Of a stretch of DNA of 64,000 bases, positions 63,888 through 64,000 are shown piece after piece. Both the position numbers and the translations under genes were made by a program. The stretch is from a virus (Duplodnaviria; Caudoviricetes). The first letter of the stretch is position 1. Every line of letters begins with the position of its first letter. Where the stretch lies: positions 128,001 to 192,000 of the IMG/VR virus record IMGVR_UViG_3300021387_000661. One strand, written 5' to 3'. Under the pieces are notes generated by a model. That model saw only the letters and a program-made list of their open reading frames with translations. It ran no database searches and had not been told where the DNA came from.

Positions 63888-63917
63888 GAAAAAAAGGAGG
63901 ATTAATCCTCCTTTTTA
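63888..63917. terminator. bidirectional terminator
   Basis: AAAAAGGAGGA-ttaa-TCCTCCTTTTT. Confidence 0.8.
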
Positions 63918-64000
63918 TTTTATTCCCAATCCTTTCTTTGCCATATATGCAACCATTTCAGCATATGACATTGTCTTTTCTCCATGTATATTATTCGAGT

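Noticed and set aside
1-64000. Stop-codon reassignment (TAG=Gln) as in Lak and some crAss-like phages
   Set aside because: Core genes are full length in code 11, and TAG ends genes cleanly (e.g. 2772, 7230, 8401) with the next gene starting right after
1-64000. CRISPR array, tRNA or rRNA genes
   Set aside because: No regularly spaced repeat-spacer run or cloverleaf seen; intergenic gaps are short and explained by promoters and terminators. Judged by eye only.

Overview
A 64-kb segment of an AT-rich (roughly one-third GC by eye) T4-like jumbo/myophage genome, standard genetic code. The host is most likely Bacteroidota: there are canonical TTTG-N20-TAnnTTTG promoters, AT-rich leaders without Shine-Dalgarno sites, and a bacterial-type thyA-folA pair. 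The left part (1-27 kb) is a dense accessory region of small genes. It includes a cluster of split C5-cytosine methyltransferase modules, NADAR, nucleotide enzymes and a 1795-aa nuclease-helicase-methyltransferase. The middle (27-43 kb) holds large virion/tail-fibre genes. The right part holds LicD, an intein-containing split C5-MTase, a Dam-type MTase, dUTPase, clamp loader, a ClpC-like ATPase, gp46/Rad50, neck, baseplate spike and terminase genes. Two promoter motifs recur: late-type CATAAATA (13 copies located) and early/middle-type TTTGTTAT(A/C)TTTA (10 copies located). Best leads: (1) a ~95-nt sRNA with its own promoter and terminator whose two loops are complementary to the leader of the adjacent nuclease gene; (2) a mix-and-match set of separately encoded C5-MTase catalytic, motif IX/X and TRD pieces, alongside CpG depletion that spares CCGG; (3) late genes carrying a T4 capsid-targeting-like tag, including the restriction-modification-like giant protein and a tandem polyprotein family with variable cores. 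All calls come from motif recognition by eye; no searches were run.
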